A stretch of 64,000 bases of DNA. Origin: Alistipes onderdonkii (GTDB taxonomy: Bacteria > Bacillota > Clostridia > Oscillospirales > Oscillospiraceae). Positions 37,872-47,765 of this stretch are shown one piece after another. A program made the position numbers and the translations under genes. Numbering within the stretch: the stretch's first letter is position 1; each line of letters begins with the position of its first letter. The notes below the pieces were generated by a model. That model was not told the DNA's origin. It ran no database searches and saw nothing but the letters and a program-made list of their open reading frames with translations. Location: NCBI GenBank assembly GCA_963612845.1, contig CAVDWO010000002.1, positions 15,335 to 79,334 of the forward strand. Direction: 5' to 3'.

Positions 37872-38879
37872 TTGATCGAACTGAAGCACCTTTGCAAGAC
37901 CTTTGAGACCGCCGGCGGACGGGTAGACGCGCTCAAGGACGTCTCCCTCACCATACCGGACGGGGACGTTTACGGCATCATCGGCATGAGCGGCGCGGGC
38001 AAATCCACGCTTGTGCGCTGCATCAATATGCTCGAGCGCCCGACCTCCGGCGAGGTCATCGTGAACGGGCAGCGGCTCGACACGATGAGCGCCTCGCAGC
38101 TGCGCGCGGCGCGGCGCGAGATCACAATGATCTTCCAGCGCTTCAACCTGCTGATGCAGCGCAGCTGCCTCGACAACGTGTGCTTCCCGATGGAGCTGGC
38201 GGGCGTGAAAAAGAGTGAGGCGGTCAAGCGCGCGCAGGAGCTGCTCGAGACCGTGGGGCTGCCCGACAAGGCGAAGGCATATCCCGCGCAGCTCTCCGGC
38301 GGGCAGCAGCAGCGTGTCGCCATCGCCCGCGCGCTCGCAACGGAGCCAAAGGTGCTGCTGTGCGACGAGGCGACGAGCGCGCTCGATCCCAAGACGACGC
38401 GCCAGATCCTCGAACTGATCGGCGACATCAACAAGAAGCTCGGCATCACGGTCGTCATCATCACGCACCAGATGAGCGTCGTGCGCGAGGTTTGCAGCCA
38501 CGTCGCCATTCTTGACGACGGCGAGGTGGTCGAGGAGGGGCTCGTTTCCGCGGTATTCTCCGCGCCGAAGTCCGCCGCCGCGCGGCACCTTGTATTCCCC
38601 CGCGGCGCGGATATCGACGTGTCCGACCCGCAGCATGAGCGCCGCATCCGCCTGATCTTCCGCAGCGCGAAGACGACCTCCGTGCCCCTCGTGGCGCGCC
38701 TTGCCACGGAGGAGGGCGTGAACGCGAACGTCATTTCCGCCAACACGCAGAAGCTCTCCGAGGAGGTCTACGGCAGTATGCTGCTGGGCGTGCCCAACGC
38801 GCAGTTCGAGCGCGCGATGGCGTTCCTCAAGGGCATCGAAAATCTTCAGGTAGAGGAGGCGAGCGTCAATGTACAGTAA
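37872..38879 (+). CDS. metN: Methionine ABC transporter ATPase
   Basis: GMSGAGKST, IFQRFNLL, LCDEATSALDP, C-terminal NIL-like domain; TTG start. Confidence 0.95.
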   Translation: MIELKHLCKTFETAGGRVDALKDVSLTIPDGDVYGIIGMSGAGKSTLVRCINMLERPTSGEVIVNGQRLDTMSASQLRAARREITMIFQRFNLLMQRSCLDNVCFPMELAGVKKSEAVKRAQELLETVGLPDKAKAYPAQLSGGQQQRVAIARALATEPKVLLCDEATSALDPKTTRQILELIGDINKKLGITVVIITHQMSVVREVCSHVAILDDGEVVEEGLVSAVFSAPKSAAARHLVFPRGADIDVSDPQHERRIRLIFRSAKTTSVPLVARLATEEGVNANVISANTQKLSEEVYGSMLLGVPNAQFERAMAFLKGIENLQVEEASVNVQ

Positions 38880-39573
38880 GATGTTTTCGCCGGAGTCTGT
38901 TTCCCAGCTGGTCGTCCTTTTGCAGACGCAGTTCCCGCTGGCGATCTGGGAGACGTTTTACGTCACCGTGCTCTCCACGCTTTTGGCGGTGGTGCTCGGT
39001 CTGCCGCTCGGCGTATTGCTGGTGGCGGGGGAGAAGGACGGCGTGCTGCCGCTTCCCAAGGCGCTGATGAGTGTGCTGAACGTCATCATCAACCTGCTGC
39101 GCTCCGTCCCGTTCCTGATCCTGATGGTCATGGTCTTCCCGCTCTCACGCCTGATCATCGGCACGACCGTCGGCACGAAGGCGACGATCGTCCCGCTCGT
39201 CGTGGCGGCGTTCCCGTTCGTGGCGCGCCTTGTTGAGAGCAGCCTGCGCGAGGTCGACCCCAACATCATCGAAGCCGCGCAGAGCATGGGCGCGACGCCG
39301 CTTCAGATCGTCTGTAAGGTGATGATCCCCGAGAGCGTCCCCTCGCTTTTGCAGAACTTCACCATCGCGCTGACGACCATTCTCGGCTACTCCGCGATGA
39401 GCGGCGTTATCGGCGGCGGCGGACTCGGCAAGATCGCCATCGACTACGGCTACTACCGCTACAAATATCTGGTGATGTTCGCCGCGACGCTCCTGCTGGT
39501 CCTGCTCGTGCAGGGCTTCCAGTCGCTCGGCACCTACCTTTCCACAAAATGTGACAAGCGGCTCAAAAAATAA
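38869..39573 (+). CDS. metI: Methionine ABC transporter permease
   Basis: LRSVPFLIL, PFVARLVE, YSAMSG..GGGGLG. Confidence 0.95.
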   Translation: MYSKMFSPESVSQLVVLLQTQFPLAIWETFYVTVLSTLLAVVLGLPLGVLLVAGEKDGVLPLPKALMSVLNVIINLLRSVPFLILMVMVFPLSRLIIGTTVGTKATIVPLVVAAFPFVARLVESSLREVDPNIIEAAQSMGATPLQIVCKVMIPESVPSLLQNFTIALTTILGYSAMSGVIGGGGLGKIAIDYGYYRYKYLVMFAATLLLVLLVQGFQSLGTYLSTKCDKRLKK

Positions 39574-39591
39574 ACCGGCTTCCGCTCCCGC

Positions 39592-39627
39592 AGCGCCCTG
39601 ACCGTTCGACGGCCGGGGCGCTTTTTT
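39592..39627 (+). terminator. Terminator after metI
   Basis: AGCGCCCTGACCGT/ACGGCCGGGGCGCT plus T run. Confidence 0.8.
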
Positions 39628-39703
39628 GGTCAGATTGTGCAGATTGCCCGAAAAAACACAGGGGATTTTTGCAGGAGAAATGAATCAAAAATTGCAAAAT
39701 GAC

Positions 39704-39732
39704 TTGTAAAAGAGGGGCGCGGCTGATATAAT
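39704..39732 (+). promoter_or_regulatory. SigA promoter
   Basis: TTGTAA-17-TATAAT with extended TG. Confidence 0.75.
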
Positions 39733-39789
39733 AGACCCATTATCAGATGCGGCTCGCGCCGATCTGCATTATGTTATCGGAGAAATTGC

Positions 39790-40449
39790 GTGAACAGCTT
39801 CCATGAACTTTTCCTGTCGCTGGACTGGGCTGCGCTTGCCGGCGCGCTCCTGCGCGTGCTCGGCGTCTTTTTATGCCTGACGGTGCATGAGACCTGCCAC
39901 GGTCTTGCGGCTTACGCCCTCGGCGACCCGACGGCGAAGCGCGCCCACCGTCTGAGCCTGAATCCCCTGCACCATATCGACTGGTTCGGCTTAGCCGCGA
40001 TGCTGCTCGTCGGCTTCGGCTGGGCGAAGCCCGTGCCGGTGGACATGAGCTATTTCAAAAAGCCGCGGCAGGGCATGGCGCTCACGGCGCTGGCGGGACC
40101 GGTGTCGAATTTTGTGCTGGCGGCGCTTGCGATGCTGCTCGCGCGGGCGATCTACCGGCAGTACGGCGTCGGGTGGGACTATCTGTTCGACTTCCTGCTG
40201 ATGACGGCGTACATGAGCATCGGTCTCGGGCTGTTCAACCTGATCCCGATCTCGCCGCTCGACGGGTCGAAGGTGCTTTTCGCCTTTTTGCCGGACGCGG
40301 CGTATGAAACGCTCATGCGCTATGAAAAATACGGTATGGTCGTGCTGCTCGCGCTCGTTTGGCTCGGCGTGGGGGACAATCTGCTCGGCGCCGCTATCTA
40401 CCGCGTATATGAATTTTTCCTGCGAGGGATCTTCCGCGGTCTGCTTTGA
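39790..40449 (+). CDS. Site-2 protease family (M50) protein
   Basis: HETCH, GDPTAK, AGPVSN, FNLIPISPLDG. Confidence 0.92.
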   Translation: MNSFHELFLSLDWAALAGALLRVLGVFLCLTVHETCHGLAAYALGDPTAKRAHRLSLNPLHHIDWFGLAAMLLVGFGWAKPVPVDMSYFKKPRQGMALTALAGPVSNFVLAALAMLLARAIYRQYGVGWDYLFDFLLMTAYMSIGLGLFNLIPISPLDGSKVLFAFLPDAAYETLMRYEKYGMVVLLALVWLGVGDNLLGAAIYRVYEFFLRGIFRGLL

Positions 40450-40484
40450 GCGCGCGGAGCTTTCCCGGAACGGAGACAGGCTGA

Positions 40485-41270
40485 ATGGACAATCCCGTTT
40501 TCAAGCTGGAGAGCGTCGTCCACGAGCGCAGCGCCGAGGCGCTGCAGGACTTTGAAGGTCCGCTCGATCTGATCCTCTTCCTGCTGTCGAAAAATAAAAT
40601 AGAGATCCAGGATATCCCCATCGCGCTGATCCTCGACCAGTACCTCGCGTATCTCGAGCAGCGCAAGCAGCTCGACCTCGAGGTGGCGAGCGAGTTCATC
40701 ACGATGGCGGCGCACCTGATGTATATCAAAACGCGGATGCTGCTCTCGCTTGAGGACGAGCAGGCGCAGAGCGAGATGGATGAGCTGATCGCCTCGCTCA
40801 AGGAGCGCCAGCAGAAGGACACCTATCTGCGCGTCAAAATGCTGACCGAGACGCTCGGTCCGATGGGCGAGTTCGGCCGCAGCGTGATGACGCGCGCGCC
40901 GGAGCCGATGCAGCGCGGCAAGATCTACGAATACGACCACGAGAAGGCGGAGCTCGTGCTCGCCATGCAGGCGATGCTCGACCGCGGCGAGCGGGTTTCC
41001 GCTCCGCCGGGCGCGGCGCTGAGCGAGATCGTGCGGCGCGAGCCGTACCCCGTCAAGGGCAAGGCGGAGGAGATCCTGCGCCGGCTGAAGGAGTTCGGCA
41101 TGACGCGCTTTCAGCTGCTTTTCCGCGGCAGCCGCAGCCGCAGCGAGATCGTAGCGACCTTTATCGCCGTGCTGGAGCTGTGCCGCGAGAAGGTCATCCG
41201 CCTCGCCGGGTCCGACACGGACTGCACGGTCGAGTGCGGGGAGAGCGGCGGCAAAACCATTGATTTGTGA
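40485..41270 (+). CDS. scpA: Segregation/condensation protein A
   Basis: FEGPLDLIL, IKTRMLL, TFIAVLEL. Confidence 0.95.
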   Translation: MDNPVFKLESVVHERSAEALQDFEGPLDLILFLLSKNKIEIQDIPIALILDQYLAYLEQRKQLDLEVASEFITMAAHLMYIKTRMLLSLEDEQAQSEMDELIASLKERQQKDTYLRVKMLTETLGPMGEFGRSVMTRAPEPMQRGKIYEYDHEKAELVLAMQAMLDRGERVSAPPGAALSEIVRREPYPVKGKAEEILRRLKEFGMTRFQLLFRGSRSRSEIVATFIAVLELCREKVIRLAGSDTDCTVECGESGGKTIDL

Positions 41271-41279
41271 GGAGATAGC

Positions 41280-41894
41280 ATGGCTTTGGAATCATTGGAC
41301 CTGCGCGAGGTCGAGGCGGCGATCGAGGGGATCCTGTTTGCCAGCGGCGAGCCGCTGGGCATCGACCGCATCTGCCTTGCGCTGGAGCTTGACCGCCCCA
41401 CGGCGGAGCAGGTGCTGCAAAAGCTCGGCGATCATTACGCCTACGAGCGCCGCGGGATCCGTCTCGTGCGCATGGAGGACAGCTACCAGCTCTGCTCCGC
41501 GCCGGACTATGCCGAGGTGATCCGCAAGGCGTTCGAGATCCGCAAGACAGCGAAGCTCTCCCAGCCCGCGCTGGAGGTGCTGACGGTCGTCGCCTACTAC
41601 CAGCCCACGACGCGCGCCTACGTCGATCAGGTGCGCGGGGTGGACAGCTCGTACACCATGGGGCTGCTGCTGGAGCGCGGGCTGATCGAGGAATGCGGGC
41701 GCCTGCAGGTGCCCGGCAGACCACATCTCTACCGCACGACGAAGAAATTCCTGCGGGATTTCCACTTAGGCTCGCTTGAGGAGTTGCCCGAGATGCCCGG
41801 TCTTGAGGCGGACGGTCAGCTCCGCATGACCGAGGACGGCTCGATCCTCGACCCCAACACGCTCATGCCGCAGGACGCGGACGGCGCAAAATGA
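41280..41894 (+). CDS. scpB: Segregation/condensation protein B
   Basis: IEGILFA, LSQPALEVL..AYYQP, PGRPHLYRTT. Confidence 0.95.
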   Translation: MALESLDLREVEAAIEGILFASGEPLGIDRICLALELDRPTAEQVLQKLGDHYAYERRGIRLVRMEDSYQLCSAPDYAEVIRKAFEIRKTAKLSQPALEVLTVVAYYQPTTRAYVDQVRGVDSSYTMGLLLERGLIEECGRLQVPGRPHLYRTTKKFLRDFHLGSLEELPEMPGLEADGQLRMTEDGSILDPNTLMPQDADGAK

Positions 41895-41936
41895 CCGGCA
41901 GATTGCAGATACAGATACGGACAGGGAGGTGATCGC

Positions 41937-42629
41937 TTGACGGCGCTGAAGGTGATCGGGATCATACTGCTGATCCTGCTGCTCATCGGACTGCTGCGCG
42001 TGGGCGCGGAGGTGCGCTTCGGAGAAGCGCTCGTCGTGAAGCTGCGCATCGGTCCGTTTCGCAGGACCATCGTCCCGATGGGCGAAAAGCCGCCCAAAAA
42101 GCGGAAAGAAAAGGAAGTGCCGGACGAGCCGGCGGCGGAGAAGCCGAAGAAAAAGCGTTCCCTGCCGAAGCCGACGCTCCGCGAGCTTACCGACCTTATC
42201 TCCACAGCATTTTCCGCGCTGGGCGCGATGCTGCGCGCGACCTGCCGCCGCCTTCGCATCGACCCGCTGGAGGTGTCCGTCACCTTCGGCGGCGCGGATC
42301 CGGCGGAGATCGCGCAGAAGTACGGCTACGCCTGCGCCGCGATGTGGGCGCTGATGCCGCGGGCGGAGACGCTGTTCCGTATCCCGCACCCATCGCTCCA
42401 CCTGCGAATGGACTATCAGGCGGCGGAAACGCGCGCCGAGGGGTCGCTGGGGCTGAGCGCGCGCGTCGGGCAGCTTTTGGTCATCGCGCTCGCGCTTGCC
42501 GTTCCGCTGCTGAAGTGGTTCCTGCGCTTTAAGAAGGCGCACCGAGACGACGCGCCGAGGAGCGCGGAGCCGCCCGCGCAGGCGGGAGCGGCGGAGCAAA
42601 CGGAGAAAACAGAAAAACTGTCAGCATAA
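41937..42629 (+). CDS. YtfI/DUF2953-like membrane protein
   Basis: N-terminal TM, DPAEIAQKYG motif, upstream of ytfJ. Confidence 0.75.
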   Translation: MTALKVIGIILLILLLIGLLRVGAEVRFGEALVVKLRIGPFRRTIVPMGEKPPKKRKEKEVPDEPAAEKPKKKRSLPKPTLRELTDLISTAFSALGAMLRATCRRLRIDPLEVSVTFGGADPAEIAQKYGYACAAMWALMPRAETLFRIPHPSLHLRMDYQAAETRAEGSLGLSARVGQLLVIALALAVPLLKWFLRFKKAHRDDAPRSAEPPAQAGAAEQTEKTEKLSA

Positions 42630-42654
42630 GCAGAAAAGAGAAAGGAAGAACACC

Positions 42655-43050
42655 ATGGAAAATCTTGAGAAGAAAGCCCCTCTGAACGATCTGATGGACA
42701 CGGCGATGGGAAAGATCCGCGAAATGGTCGATTCCAACACCATCATCGGCGAGCCGATCACCACGCCCGACGGCGTGACCGTGATCCCCGTCTCCCGCGT
42801 CAGCTTCGGCTTCGGCTCCGGCGGCGGCGACTACGGCGCGGCGAAGACGAACTTCGGCGGCGGCGCGGGCGCGGGCGTCCGGATCGACCCTGTCGCGTTC
42901 CTGATCATCAAGGACGGCGTGACGCGCATCATGCCGGTCGCCGTACCCGCTGTGACGACGGTCGACCGCGTGCTTGACCTCGTTCCCGAGGTGATGGACC
43001 GCGTGGAAAATTTCGTCAACAAGAAGAAGGAAGAGAAAGAAATCTACTGA
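42655..43050 (+). CDS. gerW: Sporulation protein YtfJ/GerW
   Basis: DSNTIIGEPI, IPVSRVSFGFGSGG, GGGAGAG..PVAFL. Confidence 0.92.
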   Translation: MENLEKKAPLNDLMDTAMGKIREMVDSNTIIGEPITTPDGVTVIPVSRVSFGFGSGGGDYGAAKTNFGGGAGAGVRIDPVAFLIIKDGVTRIMPVAVPAVTTVDRVLDLVPEVMDRVENFVNKKKEEKEIY

Positions 43051-43092
43051 TCCGGGGCATAATAGGGACATTCTTGACAAAGGAGTGATCCC

Positions 43093-44214
43093 ATGCCGCG
43101 TTTCCCACGCCGAATCGCCGCTGCTTTCCTTGCGGCAGCTTGCCTGACAGGGAATATCACTTGTCAGGCTGACGCGCCGCAGACCTCTGCCGCCGCCTTC
43201 GTCCTGATGGATGCGGACAGCGGTCGGGTGCTGGCTTCGCAGAACGAAACGCAGGAGCGCGGCATCGCCAGCACGACGAAGATCATGACCTGCCTTGTGG
43301 CGCTGGAGCACAGCGAGCTCACGGACCGGGTCACGGTCAGGCGCGAGCATCTGCGCGAGGGCTCGTCGATGTACCTTGCCGAGGGCGAAACGCTGACAAT
43401 GGAGGAGCTGCTCTACGGGCTGCTCCTGCCCTCGGGGAACGATGCAGCCGAGTGCATCGCCGCTTTCTGCGGCGGGGGCGACAGTGCGCGCTTTGTCGCG
43501 TGGATGAACGAAAAGGCCGCCGCGCTCGGCATGACGCGCACAGAGTTCCGCAACCCGAGCGGGCTCGACGAGCAGGGGCACCATTCCTGCGCCCTCGACA
43601 TGGCGCGCCTTGCAGCGGCCGCCATGGAGGAGCCGACCTTCGCGCGCATCGCTTCGACGCGCACGGCGTCCGTCGGCACGAGGACGATGAGCAACCACAA
43701 TAAGCTGCTCGGCTCATTTTCCGGCTGCATCGGTCTCAAGACGGGCTATACGGACGACGCGGGGCGCACGCTGGTCACCTGCGCGGAGCGCGGCGGACTG
43801 CGGCTGATCGCCGTCACGCTGCACGACGGCAACGACTGGGCGGATCATGCCGCGCTCTATGAATACGGTTTTTCCGCTTACCGCTCCGCCGCCGGTGCGA
43901 AGCAGGGCGAGCGGTACGGCAGCGTACTCGCGGGAGGGAAGGATATCCCCGTCGTCGCGGCGGAGAGCTTCTGCTATCCCGTCGCCGCGGGCGAGGAGTT
44001 GACGGTGCGCGCCGAGCTTCCGCAGACCGCACCCGTCCCGCTGCGGACGGGGCAGGCGGTCGGGACGCTCGTGATCCTCTGCAACGGAGCGGAGGTCGGG
44101 CGCGTGGCGCTTCTCAGCGGCGGCACGGCGCTGCCGCAGACGGTGCCGGAAACGGCGGAAACAACGAAAAAGACAACGCTCGCGGAAAGGCTGTGGAAGC
44201 TGCTTTCCGCGTAA
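43093..44214 (+). CDS. D-alanyl-D-alanine carboxypeptidase (S11)
   Basis: ASTTK (SxxK), SGN, KTG motifs. Confidence 0.92.
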   Translation: MPRFPRRIAAAFLAAACLTGNITCQADAPQTSAAAFVLMDADSGRVLASQNETQERGIASTTKIMTCLVALEHSELTDRVTVRREHLREGSSMYLAEGETLTMEELLYGLLLPSGNDAAECIAAFCGGGDSARFVAWMNEKAAALGMTRTEFRNPSGLDEQGHHSCALDMARLAAAAMEEPTFARIASTRTASVGTRTMSNHNKLLGSFSGCIGLKTGYTDDAGRTLVTCAERGGLRLIAVTLHDGNDWADHAALYEYGFSAYRSAAGAKQGERYGSVLAGGKDIPVVAAESFCYPVAAGEELTVRAELPQTAPVPLRTGQAVGTLVILCNGAEVGRVALLSGGTALPQTVPETAETTKKTTLAERLWKLLSA

Positions 44215-44227
44215 GGAGGGGATCGCG

Positions 44228-44956
44228 CTGGCGGAGGAACGGATACAAAAGCTGCTCTCGGAGGCGGGACTCTGCTCCCGCCGCACCGCGGAGCAGTGGA
44301 TCGCCGCCGGGCGCGTCCTTGTGAATGGGGAGGCTGCGTTCCTCGGGCAGAGGGCTGATCCGGCGCGCGACGCGCTCACCGTGGACGGCGCGCCGCTCGC
44401 GCGCGCAGAGCGGAAGCGCTACCTGATGCTCAACAAGCCGCGCGGCGTCGTCTGCACGCTGTCGGACGAGAAGGGGCGCCCTACGGTCGCGGAGCTGGTC
44501 GCGGACTGTGGGACGCGCGTCTATCCCGTCGGGCGGCTGGACTATGACTCCGAGGGGCTGCTCCTGCTGACGAACGACGGGGACTGGGCGCAGCGGCTGC
44601 TGCACCCGCGCTACGAGGTGGACAAGACCTATCTTGTCACCGTCGCGGGGGAAACGGCGGGCTGCGACAGAGCGCTCGCCGCGGTCACGGCGCTCGCCGG
44701 CGAGCCGATCCGCCCTGCGGCAGTGCGGCTGCTGCGCGGCGGGAAGGAGACCGCGCAGCTCTCCGTCACGATACACGAGGGGAAAAACCGGCAGATCCGG
44801 CGTATGTGCGCCGCCTGCGGGCTGCACGTCAAGCGGCTGCGGCGCGTGGGGGAACATTCCCTTACGCTCGGCGACCTTCCGTGCGGCGCATGGCGCGAGC
44901 TGACAGAGCGCGAGCTCGCGGCGACAAAACAAGAAAGGCAAAAGGCAGAACCATGA
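44228..44956 (+). CDS. rluB: RsuA/RluB-family pseudouridine synthase (probable CTG start)
   Basis: S4 ERIQKLLSEAGLCSRR lies upstream of first GTG; NKPRG, VGRLDYDSEGLLL, EGKNRQIRRM. Confidence 0.88.
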   Translation: MAEERIQKLLSEAGLCSRRTAEQWIAAGRVLVNGEAAFLGQRADPARDALTVDGAPLARAERKRYLMLNKPRGVVCTLSDEKGRPTVAELVADCGTRVYPVGRLDYDSEGLLLLTNDGDWAQRLLHPRYEVDKTYLVTVAGETAGCDRALAAVTALAGEPIRPAAVRLLRGGKETAQLSVTIHEGKNRQIRRMCAACGLHVKRLRRVGEHSLTLGDLPCGAWRELTERELAATKQERQKAEP

Positions 44957-45816
44957 CGAAGAACATCTTACATAACATCGAAAAGAATATGTCCGGATTT
45001 TCCAAGGGGCAGAAGCTGATCGCCCGCTTCATTCTGGACAATTACGATAAAGCCGCGTTTATGACGGCGAGCCGTCTCGGCAAGACCGTGCAGGTCAGCG
45101 AATCCACCGTGGTGCGCTTTGCCACGCAGCTCGGCTACGACGGCTACCCCAGTATGCAGCGCGCGCTGCAGGAGATGATCCGCGGGAAGCTGACGAGCAT
45201 CCAGCGGATTCAGGCGTCCGACGGGGAGCTTTCCGGCGCGGGGCTGATGGCGAACGTGCTCCAGCGCGATATGGAGAAGATCCGCATGGCTGCCGACCAG
45301 ACCGAAAGCGCGGAATTCGACCGCGTGGTCGATACGATCATCGGCGCAAAGCGGATCTATATCGTCGGCTTCCGCTCCTCGTCGTTCCTCGCGGGCTATC
45401 TGAACTTCTATTTCCGCCTGATCTTCGACAACGTCACGCAGGTGCAGGGCGGTGCCGCAGGGACCTTTGACCAGATTTTCCGCGTTTCGCCGGGCGATGT
45501 GGTCATCGGCATCTGCTTCCCGCGTTACAGCGAGCTGGCGCTCAAGACCATTCACTTCGCAAAAGAGCGCGGCGCGACGATCGTCGGCGTGACCGACAGC
45601 GAAATGTCCCCGATCAGCCAGATGGCGTCCTGCTCGCTGCTCGTGCGCAACGAGATGATCTCGTTCGTCGATTCGCTCGCCGCGCCCATGAGTATGCTCA
45701 ACGCGCTGATCCTTGCGGCGGCGGGCAAGAAGGGCGCGGACGTGTCCGCCACCTTCTCCGAGCTTGAGCACGTCTGGGAGAAGTTCAGCATCTTCGGCAA
45801 GGTGGAAGATGAGTGA
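44953..45816 (+). CDS. MurR/RpiR family transcriptional regulator
   Basis: VSESTVVRFATQLGYDGY HTH plus SIS domain. Confidence 0.93.
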   Translation: MTKNILHNIEKNMSGFSKGQKLIARFILDNYDKAAFMTASRLGKTVQVSESTVVRFATQLGYDGYPSMQRALQEMIRGKLTSIQRIQASDGELSGAGLMANVLQRDMEKIRMAADQTESAEFDRVVDTIIGAKRIYIVGFRSSSFLAGYLNFYFRLIFDNVTQVQGGAAGTFDQIFRVSPGDVVIGICFPRYSELALKTIHFAKERGATIVGVTDSEMSPISQMASCSLLVRNEMISFVDSLAAPMSMLNALILAAAGKKGADVSATFSELEHVWEKFSIFGKVEDE

Positions 45817-47050
45817 GAGCGGAGGGCTCGCGGTCGTCGGGGGCGGCGCCGCGGGCATGATGGCGGCGATCTGCGCGGCGCGCGCCGGCGCCGCCGTTAC
45901 GCTGCTTGAGCCGAACGAACGGCTCGGGAAAAAGGTGAACATCACCGGCAAGGGCCGCTGCAACGTGACGAACGACAGCAACTGCGAGGAGCTGCTTGCC
46001 CATGTGCCGCAAAATCCGCGCTTTTTGTACTCCGCCTTCTCCCGTTTCGACGGGCGGGACGCCATGGCGTTTTTTGAGGCGCTCGGCGTGCCGCTGAAGG
46101 TCGAGCGCGGGCGTCGCGTGTTCCCCGTGTCCGACCGTTCATTCGACGTCACCGCCGCGTTGGAGCGCGAGCTGAAGCGCCTGCGCGTGAAGCTCGTGCG
46201 CGACCGCGCGCGCGAAATTTCGGTCGAAAACGGCTGCGTTTCCGCCGTCAGGGGCGAAAAGGGGGCGTACCCCGCGCGCGCTGTCGTGCTGGCAACGGGC
46301 GGCGTGTCCTATCCCGCGACCGGATCGACGGGCGACGGCTTCGCCATGGCGGCGGCGCTCGGTCATACGGTCACGCCGCTGCGCGGTTCTCTCGTGCCGC
46401 TGCAGGCGGACGGCTGCGCGGAGCTGCAGGGGCTGAGCCTGCGCAACGTGGGGCTGACGGTTTACGAAAACGGCAAAAAAATACACACGGACTTCGGCGA
46501 GCTGCTCTTTACGCACTTCGGCGTGAGCGGACCGCTCGTGCTGTCTGCCAGCGCGCATATGCGGCAGTTCGGGAAGAAGCAGTACCGGTTGGCGATCGAC
46601 CTCAAGCCTGCGCTGGACGAGAAGGCGCTGGATAAGCGGCTGCTGTCCGACTTTGAAAAGTATGCCAACAGCGACTTTCGCAACGCGCTCGGCGCGCTCC
46701 TGCCGCAGAAGCTGATCGGCGCGTTCATTGACCGTTCCGGCATCCCGCCGCACCAGAAGGTGCATGATATCACGCGCGCCCAGCGCGAGACGGTCCGCGC
46801 GCTTTTGAAGCGCTGGACGGTCGCTGTCGCCGCGCCCATGCCCGTGGAGAGCGCGATCGTCACCTCCGGCGGCGTGAAGGTGGGGGAGATCGACCCGAGG
46901 ACCATGGCGTCGAAGAAGGTCGCGGGGCTGTACTTTGCCGGGGAAATGATCGACGTGGACGCTTACACGGGCGGGTTCAACCTCCAGATCGCGTGGGCGA
47001 CCGGCAAGGCGGCAGGAGAAGCTGCCGCCGCGTATCTGCAAGAGCAATAA
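45809..47050 (+). CDS. HI0933/YhiN family FAD-dependent oxidoreductase
   Basis: GGGAAG, ITGKGRCNVTN, ATGGVSYPATGSTGDG, GGFNLQIA. Confidence 0.92.
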   Translation: MSESGGLAVVGGGAAGMMAAICAARAGAAVTLLEPNERLGKKVNITGKGRCNVTNDSNCEELLAHVPQNPRFLYSAFSRFDGRDAMAFFEALGVPLKVERGRRVFPVSDRSFDVTAALERELKRLRVKLVRDRAREISVENGCVSAVRGEKGAYPARAVVLATGGVSYPATGSTGDGFAMAAALGHTVTPLRGSLVPLQADGCAELQGLSLRNVGLTVYENGKKIHTDFGELLFTHFGVSGPLVLSASAHMRQFGKKQYRLAIDLKPALDEKALDKRLLSDFEKYANSDFRNALGALLPQKLIGAFIDRSGIPPHQKVHDITRAQRETVRALLKRWTVAVAAPMPVESAIVTSGGVKVGEIDPRTMASKKVAGLYFAGEMIDVDAYTGGFNLQIAWATGKAAGEAAAAYLQEQ

Positions 47051-47087
47051 AGCAAAAATACTTTACACGAAAGTTGACGATATCACG

Positions 47088-47765
47088 ATGAAAGAGCACT
47101 ATTCCGTTGCCATTGACGGCCCCGGCGGGGCGGGCAAGAGCACGCTTGCCCGCGCGATCGCCAGGGAGCTGGGGATCCTTTATGTCGATACCGGCGCGAT
47201 CTACCGCACCATCGGCTATGCGGCGTTCCTGCGCGGGCTTGACGCGAAGGACGAGTCGCAGATCGCGCCGCTGCTGAAGGAGCTCCACATCGAGATGACC
47301 TTTGACGGAGCGGGCGAGCAGAGGATGCTGCTTGACGGCAAGGACGTGAGCCGGCAGATCCGCCTGCCGGAGATCTCGATGTACGCCTCGAACGTTTCGG
47401 CGCTGCCCTGCGTGCGCGCCTATCTTCTTGAAATGCAGCGCGACGTCGCGCGAAAAAGAAGCGTCATCATGGACGGCCGCGACATCGGCACGGTCGTGCT
47501 GCCGCAGGCGGACGTGAAGATATACCTCACCGCGACAGCGGAGGAGCGCGCCCGCCGCCGCTTTCTGGAGCTGGAGCGCCGCGGCACGCCCAAGCCCTAC
47601 GACGAGGTGCTGCGTGAACTCAACGAGCGCGACGAGCAGGATATGCACCGCGCCTCCGCGCCGCTGCGCTGCGCGGAGGACGCCGTGCGCGTGGATACCT
47701 CGCAGCTCGATTTCGACGCGAGCCGCGCCGCGCTTTTGAAGCTGATCGGAGAGAGGCTGAAATGA
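47088..47765 (+). CDS. cmk: Cytidylate kinase
   Basis: AIDGPGGAGKST, DTGAIYR, MDGRDIGTVV. Confidence 0.97.
   Translation: MKEHYSVAIDGPGGAGKSTLARAIARELGILYVDTGAIYRTIGYAAFLRGLDAKDESQIAPLLKELHIEMTFDGAGEQRMLLDGKDVSRQIRLPEISMYASNVSALPCVRAYLLEMQRDVARKRSVIMDGRDIGTVVLPQADVKIYLTATAEERARRRFLELERRGTPKPYDEVLRELNERDEQDMHRASAPLRCAEDAVRVDTSQLDFDASRAALLKLIGERLK

Noticed and set aside
39744..39766. Hairpin in the 5' UTR of the site-2 protease gene (also small hairpins before carD and ispF)
   Set aside because: Short stems with no alternative structure or recognisable RNA family.
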